Assembly: GCA_963674755.2 (NCBI GenBank)
Contig: CAXXVS010000003.1
Span: 96,001-160,000 of the forward strand
Direction of reading: 5' to 3'
Source of the DNA: Desulfobacterales bacterium
Lineage (GTDB): Bacteria; Desulfobacterota; Desulfobacteria; Desulfobacterales; UBA5852
DNA length: 64,000 nt
Shown here: positions 53,585 through 61,805 of the stretch, piece after piece
Position numbering within the stretch: position 1 is the stretch's first letter
Layout of the letters: every line of letters starts with the position of its first letter
Notes under the pieces: generated by a model
The model's input: the letters and a program-made list of their open reading frames with translations, nothing else
Told to the model about the DNA's origin: nothing
Databases searched by the model: none
Program-made: the position numbers and the translations under genes

Positions 53585-54295
53585 TCAGGCTCCTCCCCGC
53601 TCTCCGCTCCTCCGGTTTCCTGCCTGTGTCCTTCCGGCCCTGAGCACCATCCGGATGGCATTTGACGCACAGGTCGCGACACACAAACCGCATCCGTAGC
53701 ATTTGTCCTGATGAAAGACCACGGCGCCCGATTCCCCGCTCTGGGCGCCAAAAACACAGCGTTCCGTACACGCACCGCACTGCACGCATGCGTCCGTGTC
53801 CACCACGGCGACATAATCCGCATGCGCCACCAGATCGGGCCGCCCAAGCTTCTTCATGAACCCGATATCATGGCAACAACACGCGCAGCAGCTGCAGAGC
53901 GCATACACATGCTGCTCGGGGTTATAAATGGTCAGGTGGACCAGCCCATGCGCATTCGCCAGCTTCAGCACCTCTGCCGCCTCCTCCAGATCGACGCGCC
54001 GGGCCGCCCCCTGGGCGACTTTTTTATCCGCCACATCGTTCGTATAAAAACAGACCTCCAGCGGATTGTCGCAGCGCTTGTGCTTGGTCCGGCACAAACA
54101 GTCGGCCAGCGCGAACGAGTGCGAATTCCGCAGAATCTCTATCACCTGCTGCGTCGGCAATACCCACTGCAAATAGTCCTGCGACTGCTGCACCGGGATG
54201 ACCTTCGATGAGAACGGAATCTTCCCCTCTTTTATCCACCCCTCATAGGTCTGCATCCGTTCCTCGAGCTCTTCGTCCCGTTCTTCTTTTTCCAT
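53585..54295 (-). CDS. 4Fe-4S dicluster protein
   Basis: CLCR, CSCCACCC, CVQCGACTERC, CYGCGLCVATC. Confidence 0.88.
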   Translation of the reverse strand: MEKEERDEELEERMQTYEGWIKEGKIPFSSKVIPVQQSQDYLQWVLPTQQVIEILRNSHSFALADCLCRTKHKRCDNPLEVCFYTNDVADKKVAQGAARRVDLEEAAEVLKLANAHGLVHLTIYNPEQHVYALCSCCACCCHDIGFMKKLGRPDLVAHADYVAVVDTDACVQCGACTERCVFGAQSGESGAVVFHQDKCYGCGLCVATCASNAIRMVLRAGRTQAGNRRSGERGGA

Positions 54296-54398
54296 ACCGC
54301 ATCCCCCTGTGGTTTGATGCTGCTAAGATGAGTAGATGGATCTTGACCGTAATCTGCCACATCTGGATGGACACTATTTAAACGCGGACGAGAATAAT

Positions 54399-54420
54399 GT
54401 ACACTCACTTGTCAGTATAC
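54399..54420. promoter_or_regulatory. putative TetR operator
   Basis: imperfect palindrome GTACACTCAC-TT-GTCAGTATAC just upstream of the tetR RBS. Confidence 0.55.
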
Positions 54421-54436
54421 TTATAGGAGGAGCGCC

Positions 54437-55030
54437 ATGCGCAGAAAATCCGCAGAAACCCGGCAGCAGATCATCGATGCGGCCTATACCCTTTTTTATC
54501 AGCGCGGCTTCATGCGGACCGGCGTCGATGCGGTCGCCCATGCGGCGGGCATTACCAAGCGAACGCTCTATCAGCACTTCGGCAGCAAGGATGACCTGAT
54601 CGAAGCGGTGCTGGAACATCAGCACCAGATGGCGCTCGAACGCATCCGGCGGTGGGCCGATCGCCTCACCGGAAAACCGGATCAGATGGTGATGACGCTT
54701 TTTGGAAAACTCGCTCAATGGGCCGCCGGCCCGGAGTGGCAGGGATCCGGCTTTACCCGGGCGGCGGTGGAATTTGCCGATCAGCCGGGACATCCGGCCC
54801 GCAAAGCGGCGCGCCGGCAAAAGGCCGCGGTCGAAAGGTATCTGGTAGAAAAGTTTGCCGCCCATGGTCTGGATGATGCCGAACAACTGGTGCGGGAAGT
54901 CCTGTTGTTGATCGAGGGGTGTCAGACCCTGGCCCTGATTCATGACAATTTGGACTATATCGATGCTGCCCGCCATGCCGCCTTGATCCTGGTCCGAAAC
55001 AGTCAATCAACGACGGCGGGAAATATATAA
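54437..55030 (+). CDS. TetR/AcrR family regulator
   Basis: AAYTLFYQRGF..TGVDAVA..AGITKRTLYQHFGSKDDL; AGGAGG RBS. Confidence 0.93.
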   Translation: MRRKSAETRQQIIDAAYTLFYQRGFMRTGVDAVAHAAGITKRTLYQHFGSKDDLIEAVLEHQHQMALERIRRWADRLTGKPDQMVMTLFGKLAQWAAGPEWQGSGFTRAAVEFADQPGHPARKAARRQKAAVERYLVEKFAAHGLDDAEQLVREVLLLIEGCQTLALIHDNLDYIDAARHAALILVRNSQSTTAGNI

Positions 55031-55083
55031 CCCGGCCGGAAATCAGACACTATGCGTAATGCGTCCACATAAGGGTGAGGTTT

Positions 55084-55104
55084 TTGGCGGGGTTCGACCC
55101 GATT
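55084..55104 (+). repeat. junction repeat core, copy F (degenerate)
   Basis: TTGGCGGGGTTCGACCCGATT versus core TTGGCTTGGTCCGACCCGATT. Confidence 0.55.
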
Positions 55105-55145
55105 CGAATCGGCAACGCCCGCCGGAGGGCAAGCAGGAAGCGACA

Positions 55146-55883
55146 TTAGCCGCCAAAGCCCCCGACGCCCTTGAGCAGCATCAGCGCGCCCAGGGCGAAC
55201 AGCAGGATGTAGATGGTCCGTTTGTAAAGGCGCTGGTCGATGGTATCAAAGAGCCGCATACCAGTGAAAACACCGGCCAGAAGGGGCACAAGGCAGTAGG
55301 TGAAGTGGTGGACCACCTCAGCCGTGACCAGTCCGGAAAAAAACTGCAGCGCAAGGATCAGCGCACCGCTGATACAGAAAAATGTCACCAGGGTGGCCTT
55401 GATCTGGTGTTTGGGCCATGGCTGCAGGGCCGTGTATACAATCACAGGCGGGCCTGCCGCCCCGATGCTGGCGCCCAGAAGCCCGGCGCTGAAGCCGGCG
55501 GTGAAAGTCCAGCGTTGCTTCAATTCCGTTTTCGACGACCCGTGTTGCCAGGTCGTGGCCGTCGTGGCGATGATCACGCCCCCCACCAGCAACTCCAACC
55601 ATTGCGCTTCGACCGTTTTGAGAATGTAGACCCCCACAGGCACCCCCGGAAGAGACGCTATCAGCAGGGGCAGCCACTTGCGGGCCTGAACGTGGCGGGC
55701 GAGCCGCCAGACGAGGATAACGTTCATCACCAGGCCCAGCATCATGATCAGCGGGATGGCCGTCTTGATGTCGATCATCAGCGCCATGAGGGGCAGGGAC
55801 ACCAGCATCAGACCGAATCCGGTCATGCCCTGAACGAGCCCGCCCAGATAGGCAATAAGGGCCAGGTATACTGTTTCAGCCAT
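55146..55883 (-). CDS. TauE/SafE family exporter
   Basis: GLVQGMTGFG, GAAGPP, multiple TM segments. Confidence 0.9.
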   Translation of the reverse strand: MAETVYLALIAYLGGLVQGMTGFGLMLVSLPLMALMIDIKTAIPLIMMLGLVMNVILVWRLARHVQARKWLPLLIASLPGVPVGVYILKTVEAQWLELLVGGVIIATTATTWQHGSSKTELKQRWTFTAGFSAGLLGASIGAAGPPVIVYTALQPWPKHQIKATLVTFFCISGALILALQFFSGLVTAEVVHHFTYCLVPLLAGVFTGMRLFDTIDQRLYKRTIYILLFALGALMLLKGVGGFGG

Positions 55884-55939
55884 GCCTCAACCATCGCGGT
55901 TACTGTTTTTCAAACCCGGGGGCCCCGATTTGGAGACGG

Positions 55940-57499
55940 TTAAACCGGGTTGGCTTGGTCCGACCCGTTCGAAACGTTTGACGCCCCGCAAACGAGCTCC
56001 GCTAAAAATCTGGAAAATGGTTCGATATTTTTTCTCATGCTGGCTTCTTCCAAAGCAGCCATATAGTCATTGCGGGTTTCAAGCGGAATTACGGTCCACG
56101 GATAGCCGCCGCTGGCTAACATGACATTCATCAGAAATCTTCCCATGCGGCCATTTCCATCAACATAGGGATGTATAAATACAAAGAAGAAGTGGCCTAA
56201 AACAGCCCTCACAGCGGGCTCTTTTTCATTTTTTAAAAGCGTGAAAAAGGCCGGCATTAGATCACGCACGGCTTCACAGCGAGGCGGTATATGCCTTGAT
56301 TTACGTATATAGACAGGCTGGCTGCGATAGCCGGCAAGATCAGATGCCGTTATTATACCCGCACTTATACTTGGGGCGAACAGCTCTCGGTACCATATGG
56401 AGTGATCCTGGCATACCACTGTTCCTGCTGCGTTTTCATTTAGAACCTTGGTCAAGCTTCTCTTCACCGCTTGAAAAGCCTGCCAGTAACCACGCGCCGC
56501 CAATGCATCGGCGTACGCTTTGTCTTTGCGGTTTGTTTCCGGGTCCCAATTCCCTGAGCGAATACGTTCAATAAGCGCTTCACTAACACGGTACCCTTCA
56601 ATAGAAAGCGAATGGTAGGCATCCGTCAGGTATAGGTCGTCGACATGTTTAAGATATTCGTCGGTGTTCTGGCGCATGGCAGGCGCCTGCGGAAAGTTTT
56701 CAAGGACAACGCCGCGCATCTCGGCCCAGTTCATCCGTATCCGGTTGACGTAAGGTGAAAGCTCGCGTTCACTGAAAACAATGGCCGGTTTTCCCTCAAA
56801 AGGGTCGTTCTCTGTAATGCTGTATCCAGCAGCTCGCATTGTCTCGATAATGTTGTCGGCAATCGCATTCTTCCCAATATTTCGGAAAGCGCCGGCAAGC
56901 CTGCCGGCTACGGTGCTATGTCCACCTTCAAGAAGCTTGTGCAATATTTCGGAAGCATCAGGAATCATGGACAGCACCGCGCGGGCTTCTGCCGCATGAT
57001 TTGAATAAAAGCCGGGCGCACATGCAATCAAGGCCGCGGGCAGGGTCATCATCTGCAAGTTTTCTTTGCTTTCGATATCGTTCTTGTCCGGCAATTTCAG
57101 GCGGGCGTCCAGTATGGCGGTTTTATGAAGAAGAGAGGTTGGTTTGTTGCCGCCCTTTGGGGTGCGAACAAGCAGTTGTCCCGGGACATTCCAGTTTCCG
57201 CTGTGAATGCATAATGATTGTTCAGGGGAAAGGCACCACTGATGACCAAACCTTGATTTAAGGTAATCGGCACAAAATCCCCAAAATGAAGCATACCATG
57301 CCGTACTTTCCCCGGTTGGCGCTTCGGGGCGGACCGAAATATACCATCCTTTCATTACTTCTTTGATAAGTCCGTTTTTGAGGAGCCGTTCCCGGTGCGT
57401 GCGGGTCATATTCTTTGAATGAATTGCGACGATGCCCTCATCCTGAAGTTTTTTCAGGACAGCGAGAGATTCCGAAAGCTTATCCTGTGGTGTTGCCAT
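55940..57499 (-). CDS. Fic family protein
   Basis: intact Fic motif HPYVDGNGRMGR; DAYHSLSIEGY; lower GC than flanks. Confidence 0.93.
   Translation of the reverse strand: MATPQDKLSESLAVLKKLQDEGIVAIHSKNMTRTHRERLLKNGLIKEVMKGWYISVRPEAPTGESTAWYASFWGFCADYLKSRFGHQWCLSPEQSLCIHSGNWNVPGQLLVRTPKGGNKPTSLLHKTAILDARLKLPDKNDIESKENLQMMTLPAALIACAPGFYSNHAAEARAVLSMIPDASEILHKLLEGGHSTVAGRLAGAFRNIGKNAIADNIIETMRAAGYSITENDPFEGKPAIVFSERELSPYVNRIRMNWAEMRGVVLENFPQAPAMRQNTDEYLKHVDDLYLTDAYHSLSIEGYRVSEALIERIRSGNWDPETNRKDKAYADALAARGYWQAFQAVKRSLTKVLNENAAGTVVCQDHSIWYRELFAPSISAGIITASDLAGYRSQPVYIRKSRHIPPRCEAVRDLMPAFFTLLKNEKEPAVRAVLGHFFFVFIHPYVDGNGRMGRFLMNVMLASGGYPWTVIPLETRNDYMAALEEASMRKNIEPFSRFLAELVCGASNVSNGSDQANPV
55949..55967 (+). 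repeat. junction repeat core, copy E
   Basis: GTTGGCTTGGTCCGACCCG, identical to 57790-57808; overlaps the last codons of fic. Confidence 0.85.
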
Positions 57500-57540
57500 T
57501 TTTTGGCCTTTATATTGATGTATCCGCGTTTGGTTATTTC

Positions 57541-57630
57541 AGGTTATTGTGTTCTATTGTTTTTAGGTTTTCGTGTCAAACATATTTAAGGTTATTTGGT
57601 TGTTCTATATTCAGGTTATTGTGTTGCTAT
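57541..57630. repeat. four direct repeats with exact 24-bp period upstream of fic
   Basis: AGGTTATT or AGGTTTTC starting at 57541, 57565, 57589 and 57613. Confidence 0.8.
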
Positions 57631-57661
57631 GCATCGGTGCTTCAGGTGCCATACCTGTCCA

Positions 57662-57811
57662 GGTAGAAAATGCCGATGAGCGCATTCCATGGTTACGGAT
57701 TCCGCATGACACCAATTTTGGGGTTAAAAACGCAGTTATAGAGGCAATATTATGGAGGCTTTGGGAACAATCATGTGTGAATTCTATTAGTTGGCTTGGT
57801 CCGACCCGATT
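57662..57811 (+). repeat. junction repeat copy B (longest, ~150 bp)
   Basis: GGTAGAAAATGCCGATGAGCGC...GGAACAATCATGTGTGAA...TAGTTGGCTTGGTCCGACCCGATT. Confidence 0.9.
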
Positions 57812-57819
57812 GAAATCTC

Positions 57820-58614
57820 TTAAACCAGTTTCTCGGTTTCAGTGAGCCATGACAGCAGGGTGTTGTTGAACGCGCGCGTCCGGTCGATCATGACCCAATG
57901 CCCGGCGGGCAAGGCAATCACGCGGTTGCCAGGCCGCTTGGCGAGACCCTCGATCCAGGCGCGCGAGTGGAACATGAGCGGCTTGCGTTCGCCGTAGATA
58001 TAGAGCATGGGACAGTGCGGATCGAAGGCCCGGAGGCCGCGGAGCCCGCCGGAAACGCCCAGCCAGGCCAGCGCATAGGGATAACCCATTTGCGAACCGA
58101 TGCGCTCGGGGTCGGTCGGACAACGCAATACGCGCGCCATCCAGCGCGACATGGCATCTCCGATCCTGCCGCCTATGCGCCAGGCGAGGGCCAGCCACAT
58201 CTGATAGGCCGCCACCATGAGCACGCCCTTGGCGCCCAGTTCCGCGCGGTGGTTTCGCGAGCCGGCGTCACCGATGTCCACGCCGATCACCCGCTCGACA
58301 ACCTGCGGATGTCGCATGGCAAACTGGTAGCCGAAGAAGCAGCCCCAATCGTGCAGCAACAAGCTTACGCGCTGATCAGGGCAGGCCTCGTCGACCACGC
58401 GGCGGATCGTCCCGACAACTTCGGCCAGCGAATAGGCGCGGCCTTTCCGTGACAGGTCGAATCCCGGCAGGGTGAAGCGCACGCAGCGCAAGCGGCCCTT
58501 CAAGGCCTCGACCTGGGCATCCCACAACGCGTGCGTGTCAGGCCAGCCATGGATCATCACGATCGCTTGCGGGCCGGCGCCCTCGATCATCACGTCGACA
58601 TCGCCAATCCTCAT
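57820..58614 (-). CDS. alpha/beta hydrolase
   Basis: HGWPD, HDWG nucleophile elbow, GHW. Confidence 0.88.
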   Translation of the reverse strand: MRIGDVDVMIEGAGPQAIVMIHGWPDTHALWDAQVEALKGRLRCVRFTLPGFDLSRKGRAYSLAEVVGTIRRVVDEACPDQRVSLLLHDWGCFFGYQFAMRHPQVVERVIGVDIGDAGSRNHRAELGAKGVLMVAAYQMWLALAWRIGGRIGDAMSRWMARVLRCPTDPERIGSQMGYPYALAWLGVSGGLRGLRAFDPHCPMLYIYGERKPLMFHSRAWIEGLAKRPGNRVIALPAGHWVMIDRTRAFNNTLLSWLTETEKLV

Positions 58615-58660
58615 GCCGCCAACTCCTTATTCGGGACCGCCGGGCATCGGCATTGGGGGC

Positions 58661-59698
58661 TTACCACGGCGTGGGTTTGGGGTTGCGCTGGTCGAAGCCT
58701 TTCTGGTGCCAGTAAGGATAGGCGGGCTCGCGGTGGCTGGCCGCGTCGAGCTTGGCGATCTGCGCCCCGTCCAGTTGCCACCCCACTGCCCCGAGGTTCT
58801 GCTTCAACTGGTCGGCATTGCGCGCGCCCACCACCACGTTGCTGACCGTCGGCCGCTGCAACAGCCAGTTGAGCGCCACCTGCGGGATGGTTTTGCCGGT
58901 CTCGGCCGCCACCTCCTGCAGCGCGTCCACCACCGTGAACAGGTATTCGTCGTCCACCGGCGGGCCGCCCTCGGCGCCGCCCTGGGCGATGCGCCCCTCC
59001 TTGGGCGGGTTGTTGCGGGTGATTTTGCCGGTAAGGCGCCCCCAGCCCAGCGGACTCCACACCATCAGCCCCACGCCCTGGTCGAGTCCCAGCGGCATCA
59101 GTTCCCATTCGTAATCGCGCCCCACCAGCGAGTAGTAGCCCTGGTAGGCCACGTAGCGGGCCAGCCCGTGTTTTTCCGACGTGGCCAGCGACTTCATGAG
59201 GTGCCAGCCCGAGAAGTTGGAGGCGCCGATGTAGCGCACCTTGCCGGACGCGATGAGGTTGTCGAGCGCCGCCAGGGTTTCTTCCACCGGCGTCAGCGCG
59301 TCGAAGCCGTGCATGAAGTAAACGTCGATATGGTCGGTGCCGAGCCGCTTCAGGCTGTCTTCCGCGGCGCGGATGAGGTGGTAGCGCGACGAGCCGCATT
59401 CGTTCGGCCCTTCGCCCATGGCGAAGGTGGCCTTGGTGGCGATGAGCACGTCGTTGCGCCTTCGGCCCACCGCCTTGCCGAGAATTTCTTCCGCCAGGCC
59501 GTTGGAATAGATATCCGCCGTGTCGAAAAAATTCATGCCGTGCTCAAGGCAGATATCCACCAGCTCCGTGGCTTCCTTCACATCGATACTGCCCCACTTC
59601 CTGAAGAATTCGCTGTTGCCCCCAAAGGTGCCCGTGCCCAGGCTGAAGGCCGGCACCATCAGCCCCGAGCGCCCGAGTTGGCGATATTCCATGCTCAT
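58661..59698 (-). CDS. aldo/keto reductase
   Basis: YRQLGRSGL, FFDTADIY, IATK, SLKRLGTDHID, GKVRYIGASN, WSPL. Confidence 0.95.
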   Translation of the reverse strand: MSMEYRQLGRSGLMVPAFSLGTGTFGGNSEFFRKWGSIDVKEATELVDICLEHGMNFFDTADIYSNGLAEEILGKAVGRRRNDVLIATKATFAMGEGPNECGSSRYHLIRAAEDSLKRLGTDHIDVYFMHGFDALTPVEETLAALDNLIASGKVRYIGASNFSGWHLMKSLATSEKHGLARYVAYQGYYSLVGRDYEWELMPLGLDQGVGLMVWSPLGWGRLTGKITRNNPPKEGRIAQGGAEGGPPVDDEYLFTVVDALQEVAAETGKTIPQVALNWLLQRPTVSNVVVGARNADQLKQNLGAVGWQLDGAQIAKLDAASHREPAYPYWHQKGFDQRNPKPTPW

Positions 59699-59965
59699 GG
59701 TGGTTCCCCCTCTTTTGGTTGTGGTGGGTCCATACGTTGCCATAAGCTATCAACGGATGGGCCGCGCGCAAGGGGCCGCCTTTCAGTAAACGGATGAATC
59801 GGGGCGCACCAAGAGATCTACCTGCTTTCACGTCGCTTATGCGTCATAGCCGTTGATTTCGGCAAACTGTAGCGCCATTTTGACCACAAGAATTCTCGCT
59901 ATACCGCAATTGGTCTTTCTGCTGTTCCTAACCAGATACCGATACGTCGGATGCTAAGCCCTCCG

Positions 59966-60014
59966 GGTAGAAAATGCCCATGAGCGCGCGCCATGGTTTT
60001 GGTCCGACCCGATT
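59966..60014 (+). repeat. junction repeat copy D (internally deleted)
   Basis: 5' part GGTAGAAAATGCCCATGAGCGC..CCATGGTT joined directly to core TTGGTCCGACCCGATT. Confidence 0.85.
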
Positions 60015-60157
60015 TGCCCCCTTAGTAAGATGAACTTCATTTCCGGTTTGACCTGACTATGGCTCTATAGTTTAGAAGAAGTTGACGGTCATCGACAAAG
60101 TCTTTCCCGATAGCCGGAAAACCTGCCAATACATGCTATTTTGAAAAAGGTGTCCGC

Positions 60158-61090
60158 ATGCGAGATTACATCAAAGGCGTGTATCTATGCCTGATCGTCG
60201 GCAGCGTGACTTTTTCCTGGGGCTGCAAGAAGGATCCGGGTCCGGGCGACAGGTCCTGGCACCAGGTCGTGGCAAACCATCTGCGAAAAGTCGATGTGGG
60301 CGGATATTCGCTGAATGCCGTTGACATGGGAACGGGCATCCCCGTGGTCATGATTCACGGCTTCGCGGATTCCGCCTACTGCTACCACAGGAACGTCCAA
60401 ACGGTTCTCGAACATGGATTCCGTGTTGTTCTGCCCGAGCCGCCGGGATTGGGCCAATCGGATATCCCGCCCGCACCCTACGTGTACAGCGTTGAGAACC
60501 AGGCCGAGGCCATCCGCACCTGTTTGGACCGGATGGGCATCGAGCGTTTCATACTGGTCGGCCACTCCATGGGCGGTGGGATTGCGCTGTATTTGGCCAC
60601 GCACTACCCGCAGCGCATCGCCAAGCTGATGATTATCGATGCGGCCTGCTACGATCCCAAAAGATTCCAATTTTTCAGGCTACCGGGAGCGTCGCATTTT
60701 GCCGGCGCCATTGCCGGGAAATGGATCATCCGTATGGCGTTGAATGATGTCTTCTACGACAAAAGCAAGGTCACCGACGCCATGGTCTCCGAGTATGCGC
60801 AACCTTTACGCAAACCAGGGTACGTGAAGGTATTGGCAGGACTTTCGAAGCAATATTTTTCCGAAGCGCATACCGCCATGCAGTCGCGCTACGGTCATCT
60901 GGACACGCCCCTGTTTATTGTCTGGGGCCGCGCAGACACCTGGCTCCCCCCTGAATTCGGGGAAACGCTTGCCAGCACGGCGCCACATGCCAGACTATAT
61001 CTTTTGAAAGATGCAGGCCACAGCCCCCATCAGGAGCAACCGGAAGTATTTAACAAACTGCTTGCTGAATTTTTAAAGGACGGCGCTTGA
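60158..61090 (+). CDS. alpha/beta hydrolase, probable lipoprotein
   Basis: lipobox-like FSWGC, HGF, GHSMGG, WGRAD, GHSPHQE. Confidence 0.88.
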   Translation: MRDYIKGVYLCLIVGSVTFSWGCKKDPGPGDRSWHQVVANHLRKVDVGGYSLNAVDMGTGIPVVMIHGFADSAYCYHRNVQTVLEHGFRVVLPEPPGLGQSDIPPAPYVYSVENQAEAIRTCLDRMGIERFILVGHSMGGGIALYLATHYPQRIAKLMIIDAACYDPKRFQFFRLPGASHFAGAIAGKWIIRMALNDVFYDKSKVTDAMVSEYAQPLRKPGYVKVLAGLSKQYFSEAHTAMQSRYGHLDTPLFIVWGRADTWLPPEFGETLASTAPHARLYLLKDAGHSPHQEQPEVFNKLLAEFLKDGA

Positions 61091-61094
61091 GCAG

Positions 61095-61240
61095 GGAAGT
61101 GGCGATGAGGGCGTGCCATGGCTGCGGCGTTCGCATAACCCTGATTTTCAGGTCAAAAATGGCATCATAGGGACTATATTGGGGTGGTTTTCGGAACAAT
61201 CATGTGTGAAATCTCTTAGTTGGCTTGTCCGACCCGGAAT
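61095..61240 (+). repeat. junction repeat copy C (~145 bp)
   Basis: colinear with copy B, sharing GGAACAATCATGTGTGAA and TAGTTGGCTTG(G)TCCGACCCG. Confidence 0.9.
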
Positions 61241-61312
61241 CAGGCTCTGCCGTAAGGTCGTTAAGATAATCTGGTGTGCAAACCATTTGTGCACTTTGTC
61301 AACAACGTCCCC

Positions 61313-61661
61313 TCGATGGTCTGGAATCAGCGCCTATATTGTCTGTGATTGGCTTGACAGACAGCCAGAGGACCCGGGAGACTTAAACGAGATAGCGTTG
61401 CGGTTCGGATTGTCTCGAAGCTTACTTACACGCGAATTTAGAAGTTATACGAATACAAGCATTGTTGAATATATCAATATCCGACGCCTCCAAAAGGCCG
61501 GGATAATTCTTTCATCAACAGGTGAAGGTATTGCCGAGGCAGCATTTCAGAGCGGTTTTTCAAGTTTACCCAACTTTTATAGGCAGTTCAAAAGAATGTA
61601 TGGTGTGTCACCAGCAGAATTTCGCAATCAATTCTTCAAAAAAGTCGAAAAGGATGTTTGA
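61313..61661 (+). pseudogene. 5'-truncated AraC-family regulator (HTH domain only)
   Basis: LNEIA.RFGLS..EYINIRRLQKA..AAFQSGFSSLPNFYRQFKR.YGVSP; upstream part of the ORF is repeat-derived. Confidence 0.75.
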
Positions 61662-61805
61662 AAGATCACATACTGATGGAGATCTCGGCGATAGAGATCG
61701 ATAGTAACACTGGGGGCATCGATACGGGCTTGGCGAGGCAGACGGAGAGGTTAGCAGATCAGATTGAAAATTGATACTTATTATGAATGGGCCCCCTTTT
61801 AGCCC

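Noticed and set aside
57573..57845. Small ORFs at 52930-53217, 57573-57845 and the first part of 61113-61661 as genes
   Set aside because: They read through the junction repeat and lack credible starts.
59749..59857. ATCAACGG...CCGTTGAT inverted repeat as an attC site
   Set aside because: Poor RYYYAAC/GTTRRRY match, no L boxes or extended internal pairing, and no integrase in the window.
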